Source: an uncultured Gemmatimonadales bacterium (GTDB lineage Bacteria; Gemmatimonadota; Gemmatimonadetes; Gemmatimonadales; GWC2-71-9). Taken from it: 64,000 nucleotides of DNA. The position numbers were made by a program, and so were the translations under genes. Positions 34,937 to 44,406 of the stretch are shown one piece after another. Under the pieces are notes generated by a model that was not told the DNA's origin, made no database searches, and was given only the letters and a program-made list of their open reading frames with translations. Position 1 is the stretch's first letter, and the number at the start of each line of letters is the position of its first letter. The stretch lies in assembly GCA_963748815.1 (NCBI GenBank), contig CAVVKJ010000010.1, positions 512,001 through 576,000 of the forward strand, read 5' to 3'.

Positions 34937-36166
34937 TCAGGGCTCCTCGAAGTCGAGCGGGGCCACGTAGGTGACGCGGAGGCGGGGAGCGCCGGCCAGG
35001 CTGCGCGTGGAGGCGAAGATCGGAACGGTGAAGGACGACGCTTCCGGCTGCAGGGACAGGAAGAACGCCTGCGCCGGCGGGTTGTCCACCACCTGCCAGG
35101 TGCGCACCAGCTCGATCACCTCGACCGTCACCGTGTCCATCGAGCCCACCGTGACCTCAGTCGCCGCGGCCAGCAACGGCACCAGGGGCGACTTCGCCCC
35201 CTGGTCGCTGAGGACGCCGCGCGCCGTGATGGTCGTCCCGATCCCCGGGACGCCGATGATCGGCTGGGTCGGGCTGAGCAGGAGTTCCGCCCGGAGAATC
35301 TCGACGCCGATCAGGACGCTGTCGGGCACGTTGAACCGCACGATGAACCGCGACGACGGCGCGCCACCCACCAGCAGCTCGTCCGGGTTCACCGCCGGCG
35401 GGTTCTGTTCGACATACGTCGAGTAGTTCGGGACTCGGCGGATTGGAGCCGGCTGCTTGGTGGAATCGACCGCGGGGACGCTGATGTACCAGGTGATCGT
35501 CGGGAGATAGGTCGCGGCCCCGATGTTCCCCAGCTCGACTCCAGTGGCCGAATCGGCGGTCATCCCGACCGCGATGGCCAGCACGCCACTGTCGGCGGCA
35601 GGAATGGCGACCAGGTCCAGGTCGGCACCCTCGAAGACCGCGCGCACGTTCCCGGTCTGGAGCGTGTCCTCCACCATGATCGTGTCGAGGAAGGTCGCCG
35701 GGGTCATGTACCCGGCCACGTCCGAGTACGTCACGCCGCTGTCCAGGGTGGCCGGGGCCCGGAAGAGCTCCAGGACGATGCCCGTGGCGGCGGGGTCGCG
35801 CGAGAGCACACCGAGGCTGATGGCCACGCTGTCGATGGTGAACGCGTACAGCGAATCGTCGATCCGCACCGAGTCCGGCAGGACACCGAAACGAATGGCC
35901 GTCAGGTACTGGTCCGCGGGCTCGGCGGTCGACACCAGGAGGCCGGTGCCCTCGCCCGCGGCGACGTAGCCCGTGTACGTGCTGTCCCCGTCGAAGACGG
36001 CGTCGATCACGGTGTCACGGATGACGACCGTGCCCCCGGGACAGGTCTGCGGGCAGGAGCCGGGAGTGGTGAAGTCTTCGGTGCATCCGACCAGCCCCAC
36101 GGCGAGCACGCCAAGGACTCCAAGGGTGACGCGCCGCAGGCCCAGCCGGGATAGAACGTTGTTCAA
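34937..36166 (-). CDS. Hypothetical lipoprotein
   Basis: Lipobox LVG-C, CPQTCP, acidic beta-rich body ending in APRLRVTY. Confidence 0.7.
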   Translation of the reverse strand: MNNVLSRLGLRRVTLGVLGVLAVGLVGCTEDFTTPGSCPQTCPGGTVVIRDTVIDAVFDGDSTYTGYVAAGEGTGLLVSTAEPADQYLTAIRFGVLPDSVRIDDSLYAFTIDSVAISLGVLSRDPAATGIVLELFRAPATLDSGVTYSDVAGYMTPATFLDTIMVEDTLQTGNVRAVFEGADLDLVAIPAADSGVLAIAVGMTADSATGVELGNIGAATYLPTITWYISVPAVDSTKQPAPIRRVPNYSTYVEQNPPAVNPDELLVGGAPSSRFIVRFNVPDSVLIGVEILRAELLLSPTQPIIGVPGIGTTITARGVLSDQGAKSPLVPLLAAATEVTVGSMDTVTVEVIELVRTWQVVDNPPAQAFFLSLQPEASSFTVPIFASTRSLAGAPRLRVTYVAPLDFEEP

Positions 36167-36555
36167 GGTGCCTCAAGACGGTGCGAGGTGAAGGCATCGG
36201 GCAGCAGGTCTGCCAGCGTCCACCGCTGGGACTGCCCCGGACCGACCGCGTCGACGCGGAGCCCGAGTCCGAACTCGGCGAGCATCTGGCGGCAGGCCCC
36301 GCAGGGCGAGGCCGGGGGATCGCTGTCGCTCACGACGACGATGCGACGAAACTCACGGCGCCCCGCCGCCACGGCGGACACCAGCGCGGCTCGCTCGGCG
36401 CAGATGGTCAGGCCGTAGGACGCATTCTCGACATTGCAACCGACGAAGACCTGCCCGTCCGTCGCTTCGAGGGCCGCCCCGACCCGGAACCCGGAATACG
36501 GCGCGTAGGCCCGCCGCTGCACATCGCGGGCAGCGTCGAGCAGGGCGTCAGGCAT
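36163..36555 (-). CDS. cdd: Cytidine deaminase (homotetrameric type)
   Basis: [38 protein letters not shown]. Confidence 0.96.
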   Translation of the reverse strand: MPDALLDAARDVQRRAYAPYSGFRVGAALEATDGQVFVGCNVENASYGLTICAERAALVSAVAAGRREFRRIVVVSDSDPPASPCGACRQMLAEFGLGLRVDAVGPGQSQRWTLADLLPDAFTSHRLEAP

Positions 36556-37717
36556 CCCACACCTCCCCGAGGAAGGACTGCCCCGATTCCAGCGGCGCGG
36601 CGCCGAGAAATTCGGCCACGGTCTGCCCGATGTCCGCAAACGTGGGGCGCTCCCCCAACGAAACCGGCCGGACCCGCGGTCCGGACACAAGCAGCGGCAC
36701 CCGTTCACGCGAATGGTCGGTGGACGGGGTGGTCGGGTCGTTCCCGTGATCCGCCGTAAAGATAACGAGGTCGTCCTCCCGCACCCGCCCCAGGAGCTCC
36801 GGCAGGACCCTGTCGAGCTCCTTGAGGCCGGACACGAAGCCCGGTACGTCGTTGCGATGGCCCCACGTCTGGTCGAATTCGAGGATGTTCGCGAAGATCA
36901 GCCCCCGCCGAACGGTCTCCATGGCCGAGCCGACGAGGTGGTATCCCTCGGCGTTGGTGGCCGCATGCACACTCGCGATGTTCCGGCCCGCGAACAGGTC
37001 GTCCACCTTGCCGATTCCGAGCCTCGGCACGTGGCGGTCCGCCAGCCGATCCAGGAGCGTGGGGCCCGGCGGCGGAAGGCTCATGTCCTTCCGGTGGGGC
37101 GTCCGGCTCCAGGCACCAGGGCTCCCGACGAATGGCCGGGCAATGACCCGCGACACCCCGTGCGGCGGCCGAAGCAGGTCGCGCGCCGTCTCGCAGGCCG
37201 CATACAACTCGTCCAGCGGCACCACATGTTCATGCGCCGCCACCTGGAAAACGCTGTCCGCCGAGGTGTAGACGATCCACGCGCCGGTCGCCTGGTGCTC
37301 CTCGCCCAGCTGGTCGAGGATGGCGGTCCCCGAGGCGGCCACGTTGCCCAGCACCTTCCGCCCGGTCCGCCGGGAGAACTCCTCGATCACCTCGGACGGA
37401 AATCCCTTCGGGTAGGTCGGAAATGGATGAACCACCGTGTGGCCGCAGAGTTCCCAGTGCCCCGTCGTCGAATCCTTCCCGGCCCCCGCCGGCTGGCAGG
37501 TGCCCCAGGCGGCCGACGGAGTGGCCACGGCGGCGACGCCCGGGAGCGGCGCGCAACAGCCAAGGCCGAGGGCCTCGAGATTCGGCAGCGGCACGCCCCC
37601 GACCGCACGGAGCGTGTTTCCCAGGGTGTCGCTCCCGGCGTCTCCATACGCGGCGGTATCGTGCGCGGGCCCAATGCCGAGCCCGTCGAGGACGATGACG
37701 ACCGCCCGCCGCATCAT
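36548..37717 (-). CDS. deoB: Phosphopentomutase
   Basis: [57 protein letters not shown]. Confidence 0.96.
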   Translation of the reverse strand: MMRRAVVIVLDGLGIGPAHDTAAYGDAGSDTLGNTLRAVGGVPLPNLEALGLGCCAPLPGVAAVATPSAAWGTCQPAGAGKDSTTGHWELCGHTVVHPFPTYPKGFPSEVIEEFSRRTGRKVLGNVAASGTAILDQLGEEHQATGAWIVYTSADSVFQVAAHEHVVPLDELYAACETARDLLRPPHGVSRVIARPFVGSPGAWSRTPHRKDMSLPPPGPTLLDRLADRHVPRLGIGKVDDLFAGRNIASVHAATNAEGYHLVGSAMETVRRGLIFANILEFDQTWGHRNDVPGFVSGLKELDRVLPELLGRVREDDLVIFTADHGNDPTTPSTDHSRERVPLLVSGPRVRPVSLGERPTFADIGQTVAEFLGAAPLESGQSFLGEVWDA

Positions 37718-37967
37718 TTCCCCCAGCTCCCTGGACGAAGCGGAATCGGAGCGCCGTCAACGCTTCATCCAGGAGCTTCTGTTCGTCCGCCTCGAGCCGG
37801 CCGGAGGTCTTCTCCTGGAGCATGCCGAGGGTGTCGATCAGCGCTTGACCGACCTGGCGGGCATCGGCCGCACTCAGTCCTTCGGCGCCCGGCGGCAGCT
37901 TCCCGGCCAACGCCCCCTCCGCCTGTTGCGCCAGGCCGAGCACGAGCGACATGAAATGCTGGTTCAT
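37714..37967 (-). CDS. DUF1844 family protein (stop codon probably lost to an indel near 37718)
   Basis: FMSLVLGLAQQA..ALIDTLGMLQEKTSGRLEADEQKLLDEALTALRFRFV; one extra base in GGGGGAAATGATG would restore a TGATG overlap with deoB. Confidence 0.75.
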
Positions 37968-39046
37968 GATCCCCCCGAATAGCGACGGACGACTCGCCCA
38001 CCGAGCCCCGTCAACAGGTCGTAGCTGATAGTCCCCGCCGCGGCGGCCTGCGCATCGAGCGACACGGCGCCGCCGAAGATCGTGGTGACGGTCCCGATGG
38101 GAACTTCCGCGTCTCCGACATCGATCATCGTGAAGTCCATCGTCACGCGCCCGGCGATCGGGTACACCGCTCCCAACAGCTCCACCTGTCCCCGCCCGCC
38201 CAGCGCGCGAGGCACGCCGTCGGCGTAGCCGGCGGCGATGGTGACGATGGTCGTCGCCGACGGCGCACGCCAGCTCGCGCCATAGCTGACGCTCTCCCCC
38301 GCCCCCAGACGGCGGCGTGCGACGACAGGTGCCCGAAACTGCACGACCGTCGCCGGCGTGCCGCGTCCGGGCGCTCCGCCATACAGGAAGATGCCGGGGC
38401 GGACGAGATCCGCCGCGAACCGCCGGCCCTGCAGCGCCCCTGCGCTGTTGGCCGCATGAATCAGGGCGGGCCGCCGCGGCAATGCGGCGATGACGCCCTG
38501 CATCCGCTCCCACTGGACCCCTGCCGACTCGAGGCTGGTGTCCGCCGAGTGGAAGTGGGTGAACAGCCCCTCCCACCCCGTCGCCCCGGCCAGGAGACGC
38601 CCCGCTTCGGCCAACACAGCGCGATCGTTCCAGGGGAAGCCGAGACGCGCCATGCCGGTATCGAGCTCGACATGGAAGGGGGCGTTCCCGTGCGCGAGCC
38701 ACGCTCGCAGCTGGTCCAGATCTCCGAGGACCGGCCGCAACCCCTCGCGAAGGCAGACATCGACGCCTTCGGGCGAGAGCGGGCCGAATACGACGAGAGG
38801 CCGCCGGATCCCGGCGTGCCGGAGCGCGGCGCCCTCTTCAACGGTGACGACGCCGTAGCCCCACGGGTCGACCGCCTCCAGAGCGCGCGTCGCCTCGACG
38901 GCGCCGATGCCGTAGGCGTTGGCCTTGACCATGGGTAGGAGGCGGGAGCCGGAGACCGAGAGCACGGTCCGGGCGTTGGCGACGAGGGCGCCAAGGTCGA
39001 TATCGGCCCAGGCACGGGCAGGCGGGATCGGGTTTGACGCGCTCAC
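37964..39046 (-). CDS. alr: Alanine racemase
   Basis: MVKANAYGIG (PLP Lys), HVELDTGMARLG, HAANSA, VRPGIFLYG, GYADG, GRVTMD, GTISYDLL. Confidence 0.95.
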   Translation of the reverse strand: MSASNPIPPARAWADIDLGALVANARTVLSVSGSRLLPMVKANAYGIGAVEATRALEAVDPWGYGVVTVEEGAALRHAGIRRPLVVFGPLSPEGVDVCLREGLRPVLGDLDQLRAWLAHGNAPFHVELDTGMARLGFPWNDRAVLAEAGRLLAGATGWEGLFTHFHSADTSLESAGVQWERMQGVIAALPRRPALIHAANSAGALQGRRFAADLVRPGIFLYGGAPGRGTPATVVQFRAPVVARRRLGAGESVSYGASWRAPSATTIVTIAAGYADGVPRALGGRGQVELLGAVYPIAGRVTMDFTMIDVGDAEVPIGTVTTIFGGAVSLDAQAAAAGTISYDLLTGLGGRVVRRYSGGS

Positions 39047-39055
39047 GAGACGGCG

Positions 39056-39066
39056 GGTATGATACC
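39056..39066. promoter_or_regulatory. Palindromic overlapping -10 elements (bidirectional promoter, alr/mazG)
   Basis: GGTATGATACC gives TATGAT on + and TATCAT on - within a 35-bp divergent gap. Confidence 0.55.
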
Positions 39067-39081
39067 GTTCACGGAGGATAA

Positions 39082-39960
39082 ATGCAAGAGAATTCAGCGC
39101 TTGGACGCGCGATGGAAATGGTCAGGGACCTGCGTGTCCGGTGCCCATGGGACCGGGCCCAAACCCGCGACACGCTGCGGCCCTACCTGGTCGAGGAAGT
39201 CCTCGAAGTAGACCAGGCCATCGGCTCCGGCGACCCCGGATTGTTGCGGGACGAGATGGGGGACTTCCTCCTCCATCTGGCCTGGCAGTTGGTCCTCGCC
39301 GAGGAGCTCGGTGAATTCACCGCGGCGCAGGTGGCGGACGACCTCGTCGCCAAGATGCGGCGACGCCACCCCCATCTCTTCGACCTCGGTCCTGCGCAGC
39401 CGTGGGAGCAGTTGAAGCGGCGGGAACGCCGTCGAGGAACGCTGGAGGGGCTTCCCCCCACCCTGCCCCCGTTGCTGCACGCCTTTCGTCTTCAGGAGCG
39501 CGCGGCCTCCGTAGGGTTCGACTGGGACGATGTGCGGGGACCGCTGGACAAGGTGAGGGAGGAGTTGGCGGAGGTGGAAGAGCACCTCCCGGAGGCAGGG
39601 CCGCGCGGCAGCGGGGCAGCGACGGCGGGGCCGGAGGGCCGCGGGGCTGTGGGGCAGTATGTGGAGCACACAGCCGAAGCGGCGGCGTCCCCGGAACTGG
39701 TCGAGGAGATTGGCGACCTGCTCTTCGCTGTGGTGAATCTCTCGCGGAAGGCCGGCGTCGCGCCGGGTGTCGCGCTGGACAAGGCGAACCGGAAGTTCAT
39801 CGACCGGTTTCGCGAGGTGGAAACGCTGGCCGCCGAGCGGGGAATCGACCTTCACTCGGCGGGGTTGGCAGGGCTGGATGCGTTGTGGGAGGAGGTGAAG
39901 CTGGGAGAGGAACGAGAAAGAGGACTTGAGGACTTGGAGGGGCGTCAGGAGAAAAGCTGA
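39082..39960 (+). CDS. mazG: Nucleoside triphosphate pyrophosphohydrolase MazG
   Basis: LRVRCPWDRAQT..LVEEVLEV, EMGDFLL, RRHPHLF, GFDW..KVREELAE, EEIGDLLFAVVN; GGAGG RBS. Confidence 0.94.
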   Translation: MQENSALGRAMEMVRDLRVRCPWDRAQTRDTLRPYLVEEVLEVDQAIGSGDPGLLRDEMGDFLLHLAWQLVLAEELGEFTAAQVADDLVAKMRRRHPHLFDLGPAQPWEQLKRRERRRGTLEGLPPTLPPLLHAFRLQERAASVGFDWDDVRGPLDKVREELAEVEEHLPEAGPRGSGAATAGPEGRGAVGQYVEHTAEAAASPELVEEIGDLLFAVVNLSRKAGVAPGVALDKANRKFIDRFREVETLAAERGIDLHSAGLAGLDALWEEVKLGEERERGLEDLEGRQEKS

Positions 39961-40040
39961 AGGAGGGTGGCAGCCCTGCCCTCCTCCTTTCTCCTTCCGC
40001 ATTCCACCCCTCCAAGTCCAAAGTCTCTTTCTCTTTTCCC
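39905..40040. repeat. Long imperfect inverted repeat (purine arm / pyrimidine arm) between convergent mazG and asnS
   Basis: Nested complementary blocks: GAGAAAGAG/CTCTTTCTC, GGACTTGGAGGGG/CCCCTCCAAGTCC, AGGAGAAA/TTTCTCCT, AGGAGGG/CCCTCCT. Confidence 0.8.
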
Positions 40041-41336
40041 CTATGGATAGAGCCGATGAATCTGCCTCGGAAACGCAATCGACTCCCTGATATGCGAATT
40101 GCCACAGATCCAGGCCACCGTCCGCTCGAGGCCAAGCCCGAACCCGCTGTGCACGAAGGTGCCATACTTCCGCAGATCGAGATACCACCGATACGCCTCG
40201 GGATCGAGTCCCTGCGCCACGATGCGCGCCAGCAGGCGGTCGTGGTCGTCCTCCCGCTGTGACCCGCCGATGATCTCCCCATACCCCTCGGGGGCAAGGC
40301 AGTCGTTGTTCAGCACCGTCCGGGGGTCGTCGGGATTTTCCTTCATGTAGAAGGCCTTGACCTCCTTCGGGTAGTTGAACACGAAGAGCGGCCGGTCATA
40401 CTCCTTGGCCAGGAGCGTCTCGTCGTCTCCACCGAGGTCCTTCCCCCAGGTGATGTCCGACCCGAGGCCCTGCAGCCTGGCGACCGCGTCGGTATAGCTG
40501 ATGCGCGGGAAGGGACCGGTCACCCGCTCGAGCGGTGCCGTGTCACGCTCGAGCTCCTTCAGCTCCTCCTGCCGACGGTCGAGCACGCGAGCCACGACGG
40601 CGGAAATGAATTCCTCCTGAAGCCGCATGTTGGCATCGGAGTCGTTCCACGCCACCTCCGGTTCCACCATCCAGAATTCCGTCAGGTGACGGCGCGTCTT
40701 CGATTTTTCCGCCCGGAATGTCGGCCCGAAGCAGTAGACCTTTCCCAGCGCCGCCGCCCCCGCCTCGACGTACAGCTGGCCGGTCTGGGCGAGGTAGGCC
40801 TTGCCCAGGTCGAAATAGTCGGTACTGAAGAGATTGCCCGCTTCCTCGCCGATGGAGCCCGTCAGGATCGGCGTGTCCACGAGCACGAAGTCGCGCTCGT
40901 AGAAGAAGTCGCGGATGCCCTGCACCACCTCGTTCCGGACCTTGGCGATGGCCACCTGGCGGCGGCTCCGCAACCAGAGATGGCGGTGCTCGAAGAGAAA
41001 ACCGCTCCCGTGCTCCTTGGGCGAGATGGGAAAGTCCGGGCTGGCCCCGAGGATCTCCACGTCGGTGGCCGTCAGCTCATGCCCGCCGGGCGCGCGCGCG
41101 TCGGCCCGCACCTCGCCTGTCACGGCGACCGACGCCTCCTGCGTGAGCTCGGCGAGCCGGAGCCAGGTCGCCTCCGGCACCTCCCGCTTCGAGAAGACCG
41201 TCTGCAGGTACCCCGATCCGTCGCGGAGCACCGCGAAGGCGATCTTCCCGCTGGAGCGGGTGGTCACCACCCAGCCGCGGACGGTGACGGACTGACCGAC
41301 GTGGCGGTCCAATTCGTTGATGCGAACGTAGGGCAT
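40041..41336 (-). CDS. asnS: Asparagine--tRNA ligase
   Basis: RSSGKIAF..RDGSG, HRHLWLRS, AYLAQTGQLY, FRAEKSKTRRHLTEFWMVEPE, GEIIGGSQRE, HSGFGLGLER. Confidence 0.97.
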   Translation of the reverse strand: MPYVRINELDRHVGQSVTVRGWVVTTRSSGKIAFAVLRDGSGYLQTVFSKREVPEATWLRLAELTQEASVAVTGEVRADARAPGGHELTATDVEILGASPDFPISPKEHGSGFLFEHRHLWLRSRRQVAIAKVRNEVVQGIRDFFYERDFVLVDTPILTGSIGEEAGNLFSTDYFDLGKAYLAQTGQLYVEAGAAALGKVYCFGPTFRAEKSKTRRHLTEFWMVEPEVAWNDSDANMRLQEEFISAVVARVLDRRQEELKELERDTAPLERVTGPFPRISYTDAVARLQGLGSDITWGKDLGGDDETLLAKEYDRPLFVFNYPKEVKAFYMKENPDDPRTVLNNDCLAPEGYGEIIGGSQREDDHDRLLARIVAQGLDPEAYRWYLDLRKYGTFVHSGFGLGLERTVAWICGNSHIRESIAFPRQIHRLYP

Positions 41337-41383
41337 GGGACTCGGCTGCGGTAAGGGTCGTCGACGGTAGGATTGTACACCCG

Positions 41384-43471
41384 CTACCCGATGCGGAACA
41401 ACTCCGTGGCCCTCGGAAAGCGGGCCAGCGCACGGGCCCGGATCGGCTGGTTGGCCGTGCGCTGCAGCATCGGGTCGGCGGCGAGCACCTGCGCCGCCAA
41501 CTCCCGCGCCCGCTGCAAGAGCGGCGTGTCCTCGGGAAGCCGCGCATGCCGCACTTCGATCCCACCCGACTGGCGCGCGCCGATCAGGTCGCCCATCCCC
41601 CGCTCCTTCAGGTCCAGTTCCGCGATGGCAAACCCGTCATTGGTTGCGGCGAACGCCTTCAACCGGTCGGGGGTTCGCCCGCCGGGAAGCAGGATGCAGT
41701 GACTGTCGCCCGCCCCGCGGCCGATCCGCCCCCGCAACTGGTGCAGCTGCGCCAGCCCGAATCGCTCCGGATGCTCGATCACCATCACCGTCGCGTTCGG
41801 GACGTCGATGCCGACCTCGATGACCGTGGTGGCCACGAGCACCTGCACCGACCCGTCGCGGAACCGGCGCATGACCCGGTCACGCTCGTCCGCCTTGAGC
41901 CGCCCGTGCACCAGCGCGACCGAGAGGTCGGGCCACCGCGCGATCAGCATCTCGGCCATGGTGGTCGCCGCGCGCAGGTCGGCCTTTTCCGATTCCTCGA
42001 TGATCGGCAGCACCACGTAGGCCTGCCGTCCGGCGCGGCATTCCGCCTCGACGAAGGAAAGGACCCGTTCCCGGTGCTGCTCGCCACGAATGGTGGTGCG
42101 CACCGTGCCGCGCCCCGGGGGCCGCTCCCGCAGCCGGGACTGGTCCAGATCGCCGTAGAGCGTCAGCGCCAGCGACCGCGGGATCGGCGTGGCCGACAGC
42201 AGTAACACGTCTGGCGCGGAACCCTTGCCGATGAGCGCCGCCCGCTGCTCCACGCCGAAGCGATGCTGCTCGTCGATGACGACCAGCCCCAGCCGCCGGA
42301 ACGCCACGCTCTCCTGCATCAGGGCGTGCGTCCCCACCGCGATCCGGGCCCCGCCCTGCCCCAGCCGCAGCTTCGCCGCCTTCTTGGCGGCGGCGGTCAT
42401 CTTGCCGAGCAGGAGTTCGGGTACGATGCCGAGGGGCGCGAGGAGGTCCGTGAGGGTGCGCACGTGCTGCTCGGCCAGCAGTTCGGTCGGCGCCATCAGC
42501 GCGGCCTGGAAGTCGTTCTCGACCGCGAGGAGCATCGCGAACAGCGCCACCACGGTCTTGCCGGTCCCCACGTCGCCCATGAGCAGGCGGTGCATGCGCT
42601 CCGGCGCGGTCATGTCGGCCGTGATCTCCCGGATGGCCTGCTTCTGGTCGTCGGTCAGTTCATACGGGAGCGCCGCCTTGAGCGCGGAGGTGAGGTCACG
42701 CTTCACCTCGAACGCGATGCCGCTCCGCTGGCGCTTGGCGAGGGTGCGGGCGCGGACCAGCATCAGCTGCAGGTCGAACAACTCGTCGAACGCCAGCCGC
42801 CGCCGTCCCCGCTCGGCGTCCGCCACCGTCGCGGGGCGGTGCACGTCGCGGAGCGCCTCGGGCAGACCGGGGAGCGCGAGCTCCGACTGGATCACGGCGG
42901 GGAGGACGTCTTTCACCAACGGCAGCAGATGGTCCAGGTGCCGATCCACCAGCGACCGGATCATCTTGTGGCTCAGCCCCTCGGTGGCCGGATAGACCGG
43001 CAGGACCCGACCGCTCTCCGGTGCGAGCGCCTCATCCTCGTCCGCGAGTACCAGGAATTCGGTGGGCGCGAGCTGCCGGCCGTGATAAAACCGCACCGTG
43101 CCGGCAACCAGCAGCGTCTGCCCGACCTCGATCGTTCGGTCAAGGAACGCCTGGCCCGGCCACGCGCACTCCAGGACGCCGGACGCGTCGCGGAGCACCG
43201 CGCGGAAGATGCGGAGACCCCGCCGCGTCGGCACCACGCCCTTGTCCACCACCCGGCCGATGCACGCGACCTCGTCACCCACACGCGCGCGCGCGAGCGG
43301 GATGACCGAGGAGGCGTCGAGATACCGGTGGGGGAGGTGCCAGAGGAGGTCCTGCGCCGTTACGACGCCGAGCCGCGCGAACGCGTCGGCGCGTCGCTCG
43401 CCCACCCCCTTGAGAAACTTGACGGGAGTGTCGAGCCGGAGTGCGGGCGGTGCGCTACCCTTCGTCGGCAA
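41384..43471 (-). CDS. recG: ATP-dependent DNA helicase RecG
   Basis: LKGVG, RLLMGDVGTGKT, APTELLAEQH, DEQHRFGVEQR, SATPIPRS, QLRGRIGRG, DLKERGMG; start uncertain. Confidence 0.97.
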   Translation of the reverse strand: MPTKGSAPPALRLDTPVKFLKGVGERRADAFARLGVVTAQDLLWHLPHRYLDASSVIPLARARVGDEVACIGRVVDKGVVPTRRGLRIFRAVLRDASGVLECAWPGQAFLDRTIEVGQTLLVAGTVRFYHGRQLAPTEFLVLADEDEALAPESGRVLPVYPATEGLSHKMIRSLVDRHLDHLLPLVKDVLPAVIQSELALPGLPEALRDVHRPATVADAERGRRRLAFDELFDLQLMLVRARTLAKRQRSGIAFEVKRDLTSALKAALPYELTDDQKQAIREITADMTAPERMHRLLMGDVGTGKTVVALFAMLLAVENDFQAALMAPTELLAEQHVRTLTDLLAPLGIVPELLLGKMTAAAKKAAKLRLGQGGARIAVGTHALMQESVAFRRLGLVVIDEQHRFGVEQRAALIGKGSAPDVLLLSATPIPRSLALTLYGDLDQSRLRERPPGRGTVRTTIRGEQHRERVLSFVEAECRAGRQAYVVLPIIEESEKADLRAATTMAEMLIARWPDLSVALVHGRLKADERDRVMRRFRDGSVQVLVATTVIEVGIDVPNATVMVIEHPERFGLAQLHQLRGRIGRGAGDSHCILLPGGRTPDRLKAFAATNDGFAIAELDLKERGMGDLIGARQSGGIEVRHARLPEDTPLLQRARELAAQVLAADPMLQRTANQPIRARALARFPRATELFRIG

Positions 43472-44384
43472 GGAGGTGCCTGGCGAACGCTCTCGGTTCG
43501 AACAGGTCGAGGTCGGCGACCCCTTCGCCCCGGCCCAGGAACCGGATCGGCACCCCGAGCTCGCGGCGGAGCGCCACGACCGCCCCGCCCCTGGCGGTCC
43601 CGTCGAGCTTGGTGACGATGAGGCCGGTGAGCTGAACCGCCTCGGCGAAGAGCCGGCCCTGCTGCACGGCGTTCTGGCCGACGGTCCCGTCCAGAACGAG
43701 CAGCGCTTCGTGCGGGGCGCCCGGCGCGCGCCGGCCGACCACCCGCGCCACCTTGCGCAGCTCGTCCATCAGCCCCTCCTGGGTGTGCAGGCGTCCGGCC
43801 GTGTCGATCAACACGGTGTCGGCACCCCGCGCGGCAGCGGCCTCGACCGCGTCGAAGGCGACCGCGGCCGGGTCGCCCCCCGATGCGCCGGATACGCAGG
43901 GCACGCCGAGCCGCTCGGCCCACACCTCGAGCTGGGTGACCGCGCCGGCGCGCCAGGTGTCGGCGGCGCCCAGCAGGACGTGGCGACCCTCGCGCTTGAG
44001 CCGATGCGCGAGCTTCGCGACCGTCGTCGTCTTGCCGACGCCGTTGACGCCCATGACGAGCACCACGGTCGGCCCCGACTCGGCGCGAGTGATTTCCCCG
44101 GAGCCCTCGCTCGGTGCGAGCAGCTCCGCGAGGCGCTCGACCAGCGCCTCCTTCAGGTCGGCCTCGCTCTTCCAGGTGCCGCGACGGACCCCGTCCTCCA
44201 GGACTGCCATCAACTCCATCGTCGCGGGCACGCCGAAGTCGGCTTCAAGCAGGAGGCGCTCGACCGACTCCAGGTCCGCGGCGTTGAAGCCGCGCACCAT
44301 GGCGCCCACGTCGGTGAGGGCCAGCCGCTTCAGTCGGCCCCAGAGTCCGAGCTTCTTCTGTTCGGTGACGCGATCGCGTTTCAT
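43455..44384 (-). CDS. ftsY: SRP receptor FtsY (NG only, no acidic A-domain)
   Basis: GVNGVGKTTT, DTWRAGA, DTAGRLHT, TKLDGTARGG. Confidence 0.96.
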   Translation of the reverse strand: MKRDRVTEQKKLGLWGRLKRLALTDVGAMVRGFNAADLESVERLLLEADFGVPATMELMAVLEDGVRRGTWKSEADLKEALVERLAELLAPSEGSGEITRAESGPTVVLVMGVNGVGKTTTVAKLAHRLKREGRHVLLGAADTWRAGAVTQLEVWAERLGVPCVSGASGGDPAAVAFDAVEAAAARGADTVLIDTAGRLHTQEGLMDELRKVARVVGRRAPGAPHEALLVLDGTVGQNAVQQGRLFAEAVQLTGLIVTKLDGTARGGAVVALRRELGVPIRFLGRGEGVADLDLFEPRAFARHLLADEG

Positions 44385-44390
44385 GCGGGA

Positions 44391-44396
44391 AATCTA
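44391..44396 (-). promoter_or_regulatory. Putative -10 element for a leaderless ftsY transcript
   Basis: TAGATT-N6-ATG, same layout as upstream of recO. Confidence 0.45.
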
Positions 44397-44406
44397 ACGC
44401 CGGCGC

